Below are positions 51,019 to 60,784 of a stretch of DNA of 64,000 bases, one piece after another. The translations under genes and the position numbers were made by a program. Every line of letters starts with the position of its first letter. The first letter of the stretch is position 1. The stretch is from the NCBI GenBank assembly GCA_963747235.1, contig CAVVEU010000014.1:192001-256000 (forward strand), in the 5' to 3' direction. Below the pieces are notes generated by a model. That model was not told where the DNA came from, ran no database searches, and saw only the letters and a program-made list of their open reading frames with translations. This stretch comes from an uncultured Candidatus Rokubacteria bacterium (GTDB taxonomy: Bacteria > Methylomirabilota > Methylomirabilia > Rokubacteriales > CSP1-6).

Positions 51019-53375
51019 GCGCTGAAGCGTAGCTCCCGTATCCGGTCCGCCGTGTACCCCAGGAGCCCTCCGAGCACGGCCTCGTTGTCGGATCCCGGCT
51101 CCCGTGACCAGCCGGCCACCCGGCCCGGGGTGCGCGAGAGCGACGGCACGATCCCCTGCGTGACGATCTCGCCCATCTCCGGATGGGTGAGCCGCAGCAG
51201 ATCGCCGCGGCTCCAGCAATGCGGCTCGCGGACGAGGTCGGCCACCGAGTTGACCGCGCTCGCGGCGAGCCCGGCTCCCCGCAGCGTGGACACCGCGTCG
51301 ACCGCCGGCAGCGTGCCGACCAGCTTGGCCACGTCCTCCCGGATCCCGTCGCGATCCGGGGGCGGCCGCCGACCCAGGTGCGTAAGCGCGGCGCCGACAT
51401 CCGACCAGGACGGGGCCGACGCCGCCACGAACCGGCCGTCGGCGGCCTCGACGGTGACGCTCGCCGGAAAGAGCGGCGAGTCGCCGCCGGCGCGCTCGCG
51501 ACGGATGCCGAGCGCGCTGCGCACCGCCAGCAGGTCACCGGTCAGCCGCAGGGCGGCCTGGAACATGGCCGTGTCCACCAGCTGCCCCTGGCCGTCGAGA
51601 TCGCGCCGGAGCAGCGCGGCCACCATGCCCAGCACGTTGAAGAGCGCGGTGGAGTAGTCGCCGGCCATCACCCCGTCGCGGAGCGGCGGCCGGTCCGGCC
51701 AGCCGTTGAGATAGGTGATGCCGCCGAAGGCCAGGCCGACCGGGTTGAAGGCGGCGCGCGCGGTGTACGGACCGGTCTGCCCGAAACCGGACGAGCGCAG
51801 GAGCACGAGCCGCGGGTTGACCGCCAGGAGCGTGGCCGGCGCCAGGTCCCAGCGCTCGAGCGTCCCGGGCCGGAAATTCTCCACGATCACGTCGCTCACG
51901 CGCGCCAGAGCGAGGAACGCCTCGCGGCCGCCGGGCGAGCGCACGTCGAGCGTGATGCTGCGCTTGTTGCGGTTGGTGACCACGAAGCCCGGGCTCTTGC
52001 GGCCCTGGGCGTCCGCGGCCACGCTCGGCAGCTCGACCATGATCACGTCGGCGCCGAAGTCGCCGAGCAGGGCGGCCGCCGCCGGGCCCGCAAGCCACTG
52101 GGAGAGATCGAGCACCCGGATTCCGGCCAGCGGGCCCCACGCGGAGCCCGCCTCGGATGCCGCCGGTTCCGGCGCCTCGACGCGCGCCCGGGCTTCGATC
52201 CGCTCGAGGCCTGCCCGCACCGCCTCGGTGTGCTCGCCGAGCCTCGGGGCGCGCCGCGGGCTCGGGACCGGCGTCCGCGTGAGCACCGGCACCGGCGCGG
52301 GGGCGACGAAATCCCGGCCCGTCTCCGACGTGAGGTGCAGGAGGGCCTCGCGCGCCTTCACGTGCGCGTCCGCGATGATGTCGTCGGCGGAGCGCACCGC
52401 GGTGCCGGCCACGCCGACCTTCGCGAAGCGGGCCTCGACGTCGGCGTGGTCGTGCCGGGCGATCCAGGAGCCGACCAGCTCGTCGGAGGCCGGCCGGTTC
52501 AGGAGACGCGCGGCGGGCGTGGCAAAGCGCGGGTCCTTCGGCGCGTCGGGGGCCTCGATCGCCTCACAGAGGCGGGCGAAAGGCTGATCGCCCGCGCCAG
52601 AGACCGCGATCCATCCGCCGTCCCGCGTCCGGTACACGTTCGCCGGAACGACGATGGGCGACTCGGTGCCGAGGCGCTCGGCCACCGCCCCGGTCCGATC
52701 GTGGCGGACGACGACCTCTTCCTGCATCCGCAGCGCGGTCTGGTAGAGGCCGATGTCCACGACCTGGCCGCGGCCGCTGCGCCGGGCGTGGAAGATCGCC
52801 ATCAGCAGCCCGCTCGCGCCGTGGATGGCGGTCCAGCTCTCGGCCAGCGGCACCGTGACCGGCAGCGGCGCGCGGTCCGGGAACCCGGTCACGAACTGCA
52901 CCCCGGAGAAGGCCTGGGCGATGCGATCGTCGCCGCGCTCGCCCGCCAGCGGCCCGGTCTGCCCGAAGGGCGAGATGCGGAGCGTGACGAGGCGCGGGTT
53001 CCGGCGCTCGAGCTCCTCCGGCGACAGCCCGGCCGCCTCGAGACACCCCGGTCCGAGGTCCTCGATCAGCGCGTCGGCGGTGGCGAGCAGCCGCGCCAGC
53101 CACGGCTCGGTCGCAAGCTCCGCGAGCTCGGCCTGCACCGAGTGCTTGCCGCGGTTCTCCGACTGGAACGCGAGCGAATCCTCCCCGTCGAGGCCGGGCC
53201 CCCGCTGCCGCATCGGCGAGCCGCCGCGCGGCTCGATCTTGACGACGGTGGCCCCGAGATCGGCGAGGAGCCCGCCCGCGAGCTCGCCGGCCGGGGTCCC
53301 GGCCAGCTCCACGATCACGACGCCGGCGAGCGCGCCGCCGCGGCCGGGATCCGCAAGACCGAGCGCTTCGGTCAT
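51015..53375 (-). CDS. Tandem two-domain CoA-transferase family III (CaiB/BaiF)
   Basis: Two copies of LAG..V..L...G..LADLGA/LGDFGA..NR(G/N)K.S..FGQTGP. Confidence 0.9.
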   Translation of the reverse strand: MTEALGLADPGRGGALAGVVIVELAGTPAGELAGGLLADLGATVVKIEPRGGSPMRQRGPGLDGEDSLAFQSENRGKHSVQAELAELATEPWLARLLATADALIEDLGPGCLEAAGLSPEELERRNPRLVTLRISPFGQTGPLAGERGDDRIAQAFSGVQFVTGFPDRAPLPVTVPLAESWTAIHGASGLLMAIFHARRSGRGQVVDIGLYQTALRMQEEVVVRHDRTGAVAERLGTESPIVVPANVYRTRDGGWIAVSGAGDQPFARLCEAIEAPDAPKDPRFATPAARLLNRPASDELVGSWIARHDHADVEARFAKVGVAGTAVRSADDIIADAHVKAREALLHLTSETGRDFVAPAPVPVLTRTPVPSPRRAPRLGEHTEAVRAGLERIEARARVEAPEPAASEAGSAWGPLAGIRVLDLSQWLAGPAAAALLGDFGADVIMVELPSVAADAQGRKSPGFVVTNRNKRSITLDVRSPGGREAFLALARVSDVIVENFRPGTLERWDLAPATLLAVNPRLVLLRSSGFGQTGPYTARAAFNPVGLAFGGITYLNGWPDRPPLRDGVMAGDYSTALFNVLGMVAALLRRDLDGQGQLVDTAMFQAALRLTGDLLAVRSALGIRRERAGGDSPLFPASVTVEAADGRFVAASAPSWSDVGAALTHLGRRPPPDRDGIREDVAKLVGTLPAVDAVSTLRGAGLAASAVNSVADLVREPHCWSRGDLLRLTHPEMGEIVTQGIVPSLSRTPGRVAGWSREPGSDNEAVLGGLLGYTADRIRELRFSA

Positions 53376-53382
53376 CACCGCC

Positions 53383-54270
53383 TCAGCTCAGCCCGAAGAC
53401 GCGGGCCGCGTTGCCGTAGAGCCACTTCTCCTTCACCGCGTCCTTCAGGGGGAGCCCGAGATACTCCTGGATCAGCGTCTCGTAGGGTTGCCCGACGAGC
53501 CCCGCCGACAGCCCGACCATCACCTTGTCCTGGATCAGGGTGTTGCCGAACTGGATCAGCATCTCCCACCCGGACCCGGGCTGGCCGAGGTACCGCGCGC
53601 GATGCGCGGAGGTGTCGACGTGCAGATTGGGATGCCGGCGTACCAGCGCGACCATCTCGTTCACCCAGGGCCAGCCGCCGAGCCCGCCGATGAGCTTGAG
53701 CTCGGGGAAGTCCATCGCCACCTGGTCGAGGTGGCGCGGGTGGCCGAGGTCGTAGGGGCGATCGTTCGCGTAGTTCATCGAGGAGTAGATGCGCACCGGG
53801 ATGCGCAGCTCGGCCGCCTTGGTGTAGAGCGGGTAGTAGCGGCGATCGCTGGCGGGAATGCAGTCCACCAGCGCGGAGACGCCGAGGGCGCTGAAGCCCT
53901 CGTCGCGCACGAGGCGCTCCAGCTCGCGCACCCCGCTCATGCCCTTGTGCTCGTTGATGCTGATGCGGGCCAGCCCGAGGAAGCGGCCGGGGAACCGCCG
54001 CAGGAGCTCCGCCGTCTCCGCGTTGGGCAGCCCGAACGGCACCGAGCGCACGATGCCGAGCGTGGCAACGTGCTTCATATAGGCGTCCAGATCGCCCTCA
54101 GGGCGATGATCGGCGCCCTCGCGACGGGAGCGGAAGATCCGCCCGTAGTTGGCCATGCCGTAGCCGGGCTGCTCCGCGGCGGAGGCCGCCGCCGGCTCCG
54201 GCTCGGCCGCCTTCACCGCCGTGTTCGCTCCGTACGGCACGCTGCACTCCATGTCGATGATCCGTGGCAT
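53383..54270 (-). CDS. Amidohydrolase_2 family protein
   Basis: YYPLYTKAAEL.IPV, DFPELK, GWPW, NLHVDTSA, NAARVF. Confidence 0.85.
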   Translation of the reverse strand: MPRIIDMECSVPYGANTAVKAAEPEPAAASAAEQPGYGMANYGRIFRSRREGADHRPEGDLDAYMKHVATLGIVRSVPFGLPNAETAELLRRFPGRFLGLARISINEHKGMSGVRELERLVRDEGFSALGVSALVDCIPASDRRYYPLYTKAAELRIPVRIYSSMNYANDRPYDLGHPRHLDQVAMDFPELKLIGGLGGWPWVNEMVALVRRHPNLHVDTSAHRARYLGQPGSGWEMLIQFGNTLIQDKVMVGLSAGLVGQPYETLIQEYLGLPLKDAVKEKWLYGNAARVFGLS

Positions 54271-54281
54271 TCGGTCGCTCC

Positions 54282-55193
54282 TCAGGGCCATTCGGCTGGT
54301 GGCCGGTCCAGTGCGGCGCGATCCCATCGCGCCAGCGTGGCCGCCCCGTCGTACGCGCTCTGGTAGAACTCCAGCACGGCCACGTCCGGGGACGAGGCTC
54401 CGCGCACGGCTTCGTACGGGAGAATGAAGTTGGTTAGCTGCCGCTCGTAGTAGGCGCCGGCGGGCCTGATGGCGTGATCGGCCAGGCCCGGAGGCTCGGG
54501 CCGCGCGTACGCGTAAAACGCCGCCTCCGGCACCGCGCCGCTCCCGAACCAGAACCCGAGACTGATCTCCTCGTGGGAGTTCGCCTCCCGGAGGACCGCC
54601 CACTCGCTCGCATCCTTCTCGGGCGCCCGCCGGCCGGAGAACCGCGTGAGCGCGAGATCGGGGGCGCCCCAGAAGAAATGCACGGGGCTCGACTTGCCCA
54701 GAAAGCGGCCGGCAAAGCGCTTCAGGATCCGATCGGCGTGCGCCAGCATCCGGAAGAACCGCTGGGCCTGGTCGGGCTCGTACGAGGCGTGCGTCCGATC
54801 CTCGGCGAACGGGATCGGATGATCCACCTCGACGGGCACGGGCCAGACCTTCACGGGGACGCCGAGCTCGCCCAGCAGGCCCTCGTACCCCCGGTAGAAC
54901 TCCGCGACCGCCTGGGGCCGCAGCGGCGCCGCCCGGCTCGCCCCGTCGCTCGTTTCGAGCACGAGCCGGTGGTCGACGAAATCGAACTCGACCTGCAGGG
55001 TTCGCAGGCCGTACGGCATCGGGGTCGTCGTCAGCCCCCGGGACGTCAGGTACAGCGGGACGTGCCACCAGTGGTTCTGCCGGGGCGCGAGCGCCAGCCG
55101 CGTCTTCCCCACGATCTGCATCCACATGTGCAGGGTGTCGAGGGTCGCCTGCCATTCCGCGAGCGGCAGGCTGGGCCAGGCGGTTTCGGTCAT
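54282..55193 (-). CDS. DUF5996 family protein
   Basis: TLHMWMQIVGKTRL..NHWWHV, GKSSPVHFFWG, QSAY...WDR. Confidence 0.8.
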   Translation of the reverse strand: MTETAWPSLPLAEWQATLDTLHMWMQIVGKTRLALAPRQNHWWHVPLYLTSRGLTTTPMPYGLRTLQVEFDFVDHRLVLETSDGASRAAPLRPQAVAEFYRGYEGLLGELGVPVKVWPVPVEVDHPIPFAEDRTHASYEPDQAQRFFRMLAHADRILKRFAGRFLGKSSPVHFFWGAPDLALTRFSGRRAPEKDASEWAVLREANSHEEISLGFWFGSGAVPEAAFYAYARPEPPGLADHAIRPAGAYYERQLTNFILPYEAVRGASSPDVAVLEFYQSAYDGAATLARWDRAALDRPPAEWP

Positions 55194-55215
55194 GTACTCC
55201 CGGCCCCGGGCGGTT

Positions 55216-55437
55216 CTACTTCTTTTCCTGGGCGACGGCCGCTTCGGCGGCCGCGAAGCCGATCTTGCTATGGGTGCCGTCGCAGTAGGGCTTGGTGACC
55301 GACGCGCCGCACCGGCACAGCGCGATCCGCGGCCCCCGCGCGCTCGTGTCGACCTTGTTGCCGTCCACGTCTACCAGCTCGATCTCGCCTTCCACCAGAT
55401 ACGGGCCATTGGGCCGGATGGTCACCTTGACGGGCAT
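55216..55437 (-). CDS. CDGSH iron-sulfur domain protein
   Basis: NGPY, LCRCGAS.TKPYCDGTH; AGGAGG SD. Confidence 0.92.
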   Translation of the reverse strand: MPVKVTIRPNGPYLVEGEIELVDVDGNKVDTSARGPRIALCRCGASVTKPYCDGTHSKIGFAAAEAAVAQEKK

Positions 55438-55550
55438 CGACGCACCTCCTGTAAGGGGTGGGAGAAGTCCTCGCCGCATACAGTACCGCGATCACGCCCG
55501 CCTTGACAGTGCCCCGTGCGCATCGCAGTATCCGGTCGGAGGAGACCCCC

Positions 55551-57050
55551 GTGCGAGCCATCCTGACCGTCCTGACCGCCATCCTGCTGCTCCTGCCGTG
55601 CGCCGCCGGCGCCCAGAGCGTGCTCCGCATCGGGCTCAACGACGACCCGGACGCGCTCGACCCCACCATCAGCCGCGCCTACACCGGCCGCCTGGTCTTC
55701 GCCGCGCTCTGCGACAAGCTCTTCGACGTCACGCCCGATCTCAAGATCGTGCCCCAGCTGGCCACCGGCTACGAGTGGGCCGCGGACCGCAAGTCGATCG
55801 TGATCAAGCTCCGGCCCGGCGTCCGCTTCCAGGACGGCGAGCCCTTCAACGCGGAGGCGGTGAAGTTCAACATCGAGCGGCACCAGAACACGCCCGGCTC
55901 GTTCCGCAAGACGGAGATCGGCGAGATCGTCAGCGTGGACGTGGTGAACGACCTCACGGTGCGATTCAACCTCTCGCAGCCGCTCGTGCCGCTGCTGGCC
56001 GCCCTGACCGACCGCGCCGGCATGATGGTGTCGCCCAAGGCGGCGCGCGCGCTCGGCGACAAGCTGGGCACCCAGCCGGTGTGCGCCGGCCCCTACAAGT
56101 TCGTCCAGCGGGTGGCCCAGGGCAAGATCGTGGTCGAGCGCGTCGCCGACTACTGGGACAAGGCGAGCTTCACCATCGACCGCATCGAGTTCGTGCCCAT
56201 CACCGACTCGACCTCGCGCCTGGCCAGCCTGCGCTCCGGCGACCTGCACATGATCGAGCGCGTCTCGCCCACCGACCTGGCCGAGATCCGGGGCGACGCC
56301 AAGCTCAAGGTGACGGGCATCCCCGAGCTGGGCTACCAGGTGATCCCGCTGAACGTCGCCAACGGCCCGAAGAGCAAGGCGCTCGCCGACGTGCGGGTAC
56401 GCCAGGCCCTCGACCTCGCGATCGATCGCGATACCCTGGTCAAGACCGTGTTCGGGGGCGAGTACATCGCGGGCAACCAGTTCATCAGCCCGGCGAACCC
56501 CTACTACGACCAGAAGGTCCCGGTGGGCAAGCGCGACGTGGCGAAGGCCAAGCAGCTCCTGAAGGATGCCGGCCAGCCGAACCTCACCTTCACCCTGGTG
56601 GTGCCCCCGGAGCGCGACCGGCAGGAGGCGGCGCTGATCCTGCAAGCCATGTGGGCGGAGGCCGGCATCACGGCCAACCTCCAGACCCAGGAGAACGTCA
56701 CGATGCTGCAGTCCGGGCGGAAGGGCGACTTCGAGGCCTACTTCACGTTCTGGAGCGGCCGGCCCGACCCCGACGGCAACGTCTACACCTTCATGACGTG
56801 CAAGGGCGCGCAGAACGACCACCACTACTGCAACGCCGACGTGGACGCGCTGCTCACGAAGGCCCGTCAGGTCGCGGATCCGGTCGAGCGCAAGAAGCTC
56901 TACGACCAGGCCACCGAGCTGATCGCCAAGGACATGCCGCGGCTCATCCTGTGGCACCGCCGCGTGTTCACGGGCCTGAGCGCCAAGGTCCAGGGCTTCA
57001 CCCCCTACCCGGACGGCATCATCCGCTTCAGGGGCCTCCGGCTGAACTGA
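55551..57050 (+). CDS. ABC transporter substrate-binding protein, family 5 (DppA/OppA-like)
   Basis: DALDP, LRPGVRFQDGEPFNAEAVKF, GPYK, VRQAL. Confidence 0.93.
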   Translation: MRAILTVLTAILLLLPCAAGAQSVLRIGLNDDPDALDPTISRAYTGRLVFAALCDKLFDVTPDLKIVPQLATGYEWAADRKSIVIKLRPGVRFQDGEPFNAEAVKFNIERHQNTPGSFRKTEIGEIVSVDVVNDLTVRFNLSQPLVPLLAALTDRAGMMVSPKAARALGDKLGTQPVCAGPYKFVQRVAQGKIVVERVADYWDKASFTIDRIEFVPITDSTSRLASLRSGDLHMIERVSPTDLAEIRGDAKLKVTGIPELGYQVIPLNVANGPKSKALADVRVRQALDLAIDRDTLVKTVFGGEYIAGNQFISPANPYYDQKVPVGKRDVAKAKQLLKDAGQPNLTFTLVVPPERDRQEAALILQAMWAEAGITANLQTQENVTMLQSGRKGDFEAYFTFWSGRPDPDGNVYTFMTCKGAQNDHHYCNADVDALLTKARQVADPVERKKLYDQATELIAKDMPRLILWHRRVFTGLSAKVQGFTPYPDGIIRFRGLRLN

Positions 57051-57062
57051 GCCGGCACCCGC

Positions 57063-58016
57063 ATGCCGCTCTGGCTCTACGTCGCGCGCCGGCTCGCGGT
57101 GCTCGTGCCGACGCTCTTCTTCGTCTCGGTGCTGATCTTCTCCCTCCAGCAGCTCCTGCCGGGCGACGCGGCGGTGGCCCTCGCCGGCGAGGAGGGCGAC
57201 CCGGCGGTGCTCGCGGCCATCCGGGCGAAGTACCACCTCGACCAGCCCCTCGTCGTGCAGTACGGCCTCTGGATCGGCCGCGTGCTGCGCGGCGACTTCG
57301 GCGAGTCGCTGCGCAACCGCATCCCGGTCCGCGAGCTCCTCGCCTCGAAGCTCCCGGTCACGGTGGAGCTCGCGGTCTGCTCGATGGCCATCGCGCTCGT
57401 GATCGGCGTGCCCGCCGGCATCCTCTCGGCCACGCGCAAGGGCACCTCGGTGGACGTGGTCGCCAATCTCCTCGCGCTCTCGGGGCTCTCGGTGCCGCAC
57501 TTCTGGCTCGGCATCATGCTGATCCTGCTCTTCGCGGTCCGGCTGGGCTGGCTGCCCGCCTCGGGCTACGTGCCCCCGTGGGAGGATCTCCGCCAGAACC
57601 TGACCACGATCCTGCTGCCGTCGTTCGTCCTCGGCACGGGCGTGGCCGGCGTCATGATGCGCCACACGCGCAGCGCCATGCTCCAGACCCTGGGCGCGGA
57701 CTACGTGCGCACCGCGCGGGCCAAGAGCGTGCCCGAGCAGCTGGTCGTGCTGAAGCACGCGCTCCGCAACGCGCTGATCCCGATCATCACCCTCGGGGCG
57801 ATCGAGTTCGGGCGGCTGCTCTCGGGCGCGGTGCTCACCGAGCAGATCTTCGCCATCCCCGGCTTCGGCAAGCTGCTGGTGGACGCCGTGTTCAACCGCG
57901 ACTACGCGGTGGTGCAGGCGGTCGTCCTGGTCTCGGCGAGCCTCTACGTGCTCCTGAACCTGGGCGCCGACGTCCTCTACTTCCTGGCCAACCCGCGCCT
58001 CCGGGGCTCGACGTGA
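57063..58016 (+). CDS. ABC peptide/nickel permease (DppB-like)
   Basis: GDFGES, DYVRTARAK, KHALRNALIP, RDY.VVQ. Confidence 0.93.
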   Translation: MPLWLYVARRLAVLVPTLFFVSVLIFSLQQLLPGDAAVALAGEEGDPAVLAAIRAKYHLDQPLVVQYGLWIGRVLRGDFGESLRNRIPVRELLASKLPVTVELAVCSMAIALVIGVPAGILSATRKGTSVDVVANLLALSGLSVPHFWLGIMLILLFAVRLGWLPASGYVPPWEDLRQNLTTILLPSFVLGTGVAGVMMRHTRSAMLQTLGADYVRTARAKSVPEQLVVLKHALRNALIPIITLGAIEFGRLLSGAVLTEQIFAIPGFGKLLVDAVFNRDYAVVQAVVLVSASLYVLLNLGADVLYFLANPRLRGST

Positions 58017-58895
58017 GCGGCGCCTCGGTCCTGCTCGTCGCGCCCGCGGTGGCCCCCCGCCGGCGCTACAAGGCCGCGCGGCAATTGGCGCGCCGGCCGG
58101 CGGCAATCGCCGCGCTCGCTGTCGTCCTCGGCTTCATCCTGGTGGCGGTCGCGGCGCCGCAGCTCGCGCCGTTCGACCCGACCGCGATCGATTACCGCGC
58201 GGTGCGGAAGGCGCCGTCCGCGGTCCACCGGCTCGGCACCGACGAGGTCGGCCGCGACGTGCTGTCGCGGCTGCTCTGGGGCGCGCGCGCCTCGCTGCTG
58301 GCCGGCGTCATCCCGGTGACCATCGCGGTGGCGCTCAGCGTGCCGCTCGGCCTGCTCTCGGGCTACGTCGGGGGGTGGCTCGACGGGCTTATAATGCGGA
58401 TCAACGACGCCATGCTCTCGATCCCGTTTCTCATCGTGGCCATCGCGCTGGCCGCCTTTCTCGGCCCGGGCCTCGGCAACGCCATGATCGCGATCGGGAT
58501 CGCGGCCCTGCCCACCTTCGTCCGGCTCGTGCGCGGCACCGTGCTCACGATCAAGACCGAGGAGTACGTCGAGGCGGCGCAGGCCCTGGGCTGCTCGCGG
58601 CCGTCGCGTCGCGATCCGCCACATCCTGCCGAACACGCTGCCGCCGCTCTTCATCCAGGTGAGCATCACGGTGGCGGCGGCCATCATCGCCGAGGCGAGC
58701 CTCTCGTTCCTGGGCCTGGGCCAGCAGCCGCCCGCGCCGTCGTGGGGCAGCATGCTCAACGCGGCCCAGCGCTATCTCTCGCAGGCGCCCTGGATGGCGC
58801 TCTACCCGGGCCTGATGATCTTCGGGATCGTCATGGCCCTGAACGTGCTGGGCGACGGCCTGCGCGACGCGCTCGATCCGCGGCACCAGGCGTAG
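58013..58895 (+). CDS. ABC peptide/nickel permease (DppC-like), frameshift near 58600
   Basis: LGTDEVGRDVLSR, EYVEAA.ALG, EASLSFLGLG, GDGLRDALDP. Confidence 0.9.
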
Positions 58896-58920
58896 CCATC
58901 GCAAGAAGGAGACGAGATTC

Positions 58921-59949
58921 ATGAGCGACATCCGCATGACCCCGATCACCAACCCCAAGGCCTGGCGGGGCGAGACGCTCGCGCGCGAGGCCTCCTGGAT
59001 CGTCACGCTCACCGAGGCCGAGATCGCGGACATCGACCGCGCGCTGGCCACCGCGAAGGCCTCGGGCGCTTCCGCTCGAGGACGATCCAGCGCGAGCACT
59101 TCCCGCTCACGGTGATGCGCGCGCCGGCTCGAGCAGGCGGTGGCCGAGATGTACGACGGCCGCGGGTTCGTGGTGCTGCGCGGCCTGCCCGTCCGCCGGT
59201 ACAGCGACGACGACGTCGGGCTCATCTTCTGGGGCTTCGGCCGCTACATGGGGGGACCGCTCTACCAGAACCCCCAGGGCGAGCTGCTCGGCCACGTCTA
59301 CGACCACGGGCGGACCTACGGCAACATCGACGTGCGCGGCTACGAGACCAACGCCTACCTGCCCTATCACACCGACGCGGGCGACATGGTGGGGCTGCTC
59401 TGCCTGCGCCGGGGCCTCGAGGGCGGGCTCAGCAGCATCGTGAGCTCGACGACCGTGCACAACGAGATCCTGGCCCAGCATCCCGAGTACCTCGGCCTCC
59501 TCTACAACGGCTACTACTACATCCGCCGCGAGGCGGCCCTGACCGAGCGCGGCGTCTCCGAGCGCCCGATCCCGGTGTTCGGCCACCAGGACGGGGTCGT
59601 GAGCTGCCGCTACATCCGCAACCAGATCAACGCGGGGGCGGTGAAGCGCGAGGTGCCGCTGACCACCTTCGAGCGCGCGGCGCTCGACTTCCTCGACGAG
59701 CAGACCCGGCGGCCCGACCTGCGCCTGGACATGGACCTGCAGGCCGGCGACATCCAGTTCATCAACAACTACACGATCCTCCACTCGCGCACCGGGTTCG
59801 TCGACGGCCCCGCGCCCGACCAGAAGCGCCACATGCTGCGGCTCTGGCTCAAGTTCCCGCAGCCGTGGCCGCTGAGCGACGAGTTCCCGACCCACCTGGG
59901 CTACAAGCCGTCCCAGGACCCGCGCGAGCTGGTCGAAGCCGAAACCTAG
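58921..59949 (+). CDS. TauD/TfdA family 2OG-Fe(II) dioxygenase, frameshifts near 59070-59125
   Basis: GRGFVVLRG, YHTD, NNYTILHSRT, RHMLRLW. Confidence 0.88.
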
Positions 59950-59960
59950 TCTCAAACTGA

Positions 59961-60001
59961 CCCTCTCCCCTCAGGGGAGAGGGCAGGGTGAGGGGTGAGG
60001 G
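59961..60001 (-). repeat. REP-like element with short tail duplication
   Basis: CCCTCTCCCCTCAGGGGAGAGGGCAGGGTGAGGGGTGAGGG. Confidence 0.88.
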
Positions 60002-60006
60002 CAACC

Positions 60007-60784
60007 ATGGACCTGCAAGGACAGATCGCGATCGTCACCGGCGCCGGCCGCGGCATCGGCCGCGCCACCGCGCTCGAACTGGCCCGGCTCGGCGCCGACG
60101 TCGTCGTCGCCGAGCTCGACAAGCCGGGCGCCGAGCGCACCGCCGGCCGAGGTGACCGCGCTCGGGCGCCGCGCGCTCGCCCTGCCGACCGACGTCACCC
60201 GACGGGCCGACCTCACCGCCATGGTCGAGCGGACCCGGGCGGCATTCGGCCGCGTCGACATCCTCGTGAACAATGCCGGGATCTACCGCGCCGCCTCGAC
60301 GCTCCAGATCACGGAGGATCACTGGGACGCGGTGCTGACCATCAACGCCCGGGCGGTCTTCTTCGCCAGCCAGGCCGCGCTGCCGACCATGATCGCGCAG
60401 AAGAGCGGGGTGATCGTCAACCTGGCCTCGATGGCGGGCAAGATCGGCAGCGCCAACAACCTGCCCTACAACGCGAGCAAGGCGGCCGTGATCAGCATCA
60501 CCAAGAGCCTCGCCCTGGCCCACGCCGCCGACGGCATCCGGGTGAACTGCGTCTGCCCGGGCTTCGTCGAGACCGACATGTGGACGACCGTCTCCGCGGA
60601 GCTGGGCGCGCTATCCGGCGTGCCGGCCGAGGAGTTCACCCGCCGGCGCCTGGCCAGCGTGCCCCTGGGCCGGATGGAGCGGGCGGAGGACGTGGCGAAC
60701 GTGATCGGCTTCCTCGCCGCGAGCAAGGCCGCTTACATGACGGGCCAGGCCATCAGCGTCGATGGCGGCCTCGTCATGCACTAG
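60007..60784 (+). CDS. SDR oxidoreductase, frameshift near 60145
   Basis: TGAGRGIG, VNNAG, YNASK, VNCVCPG, VDGG. Confidence 0.9.
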
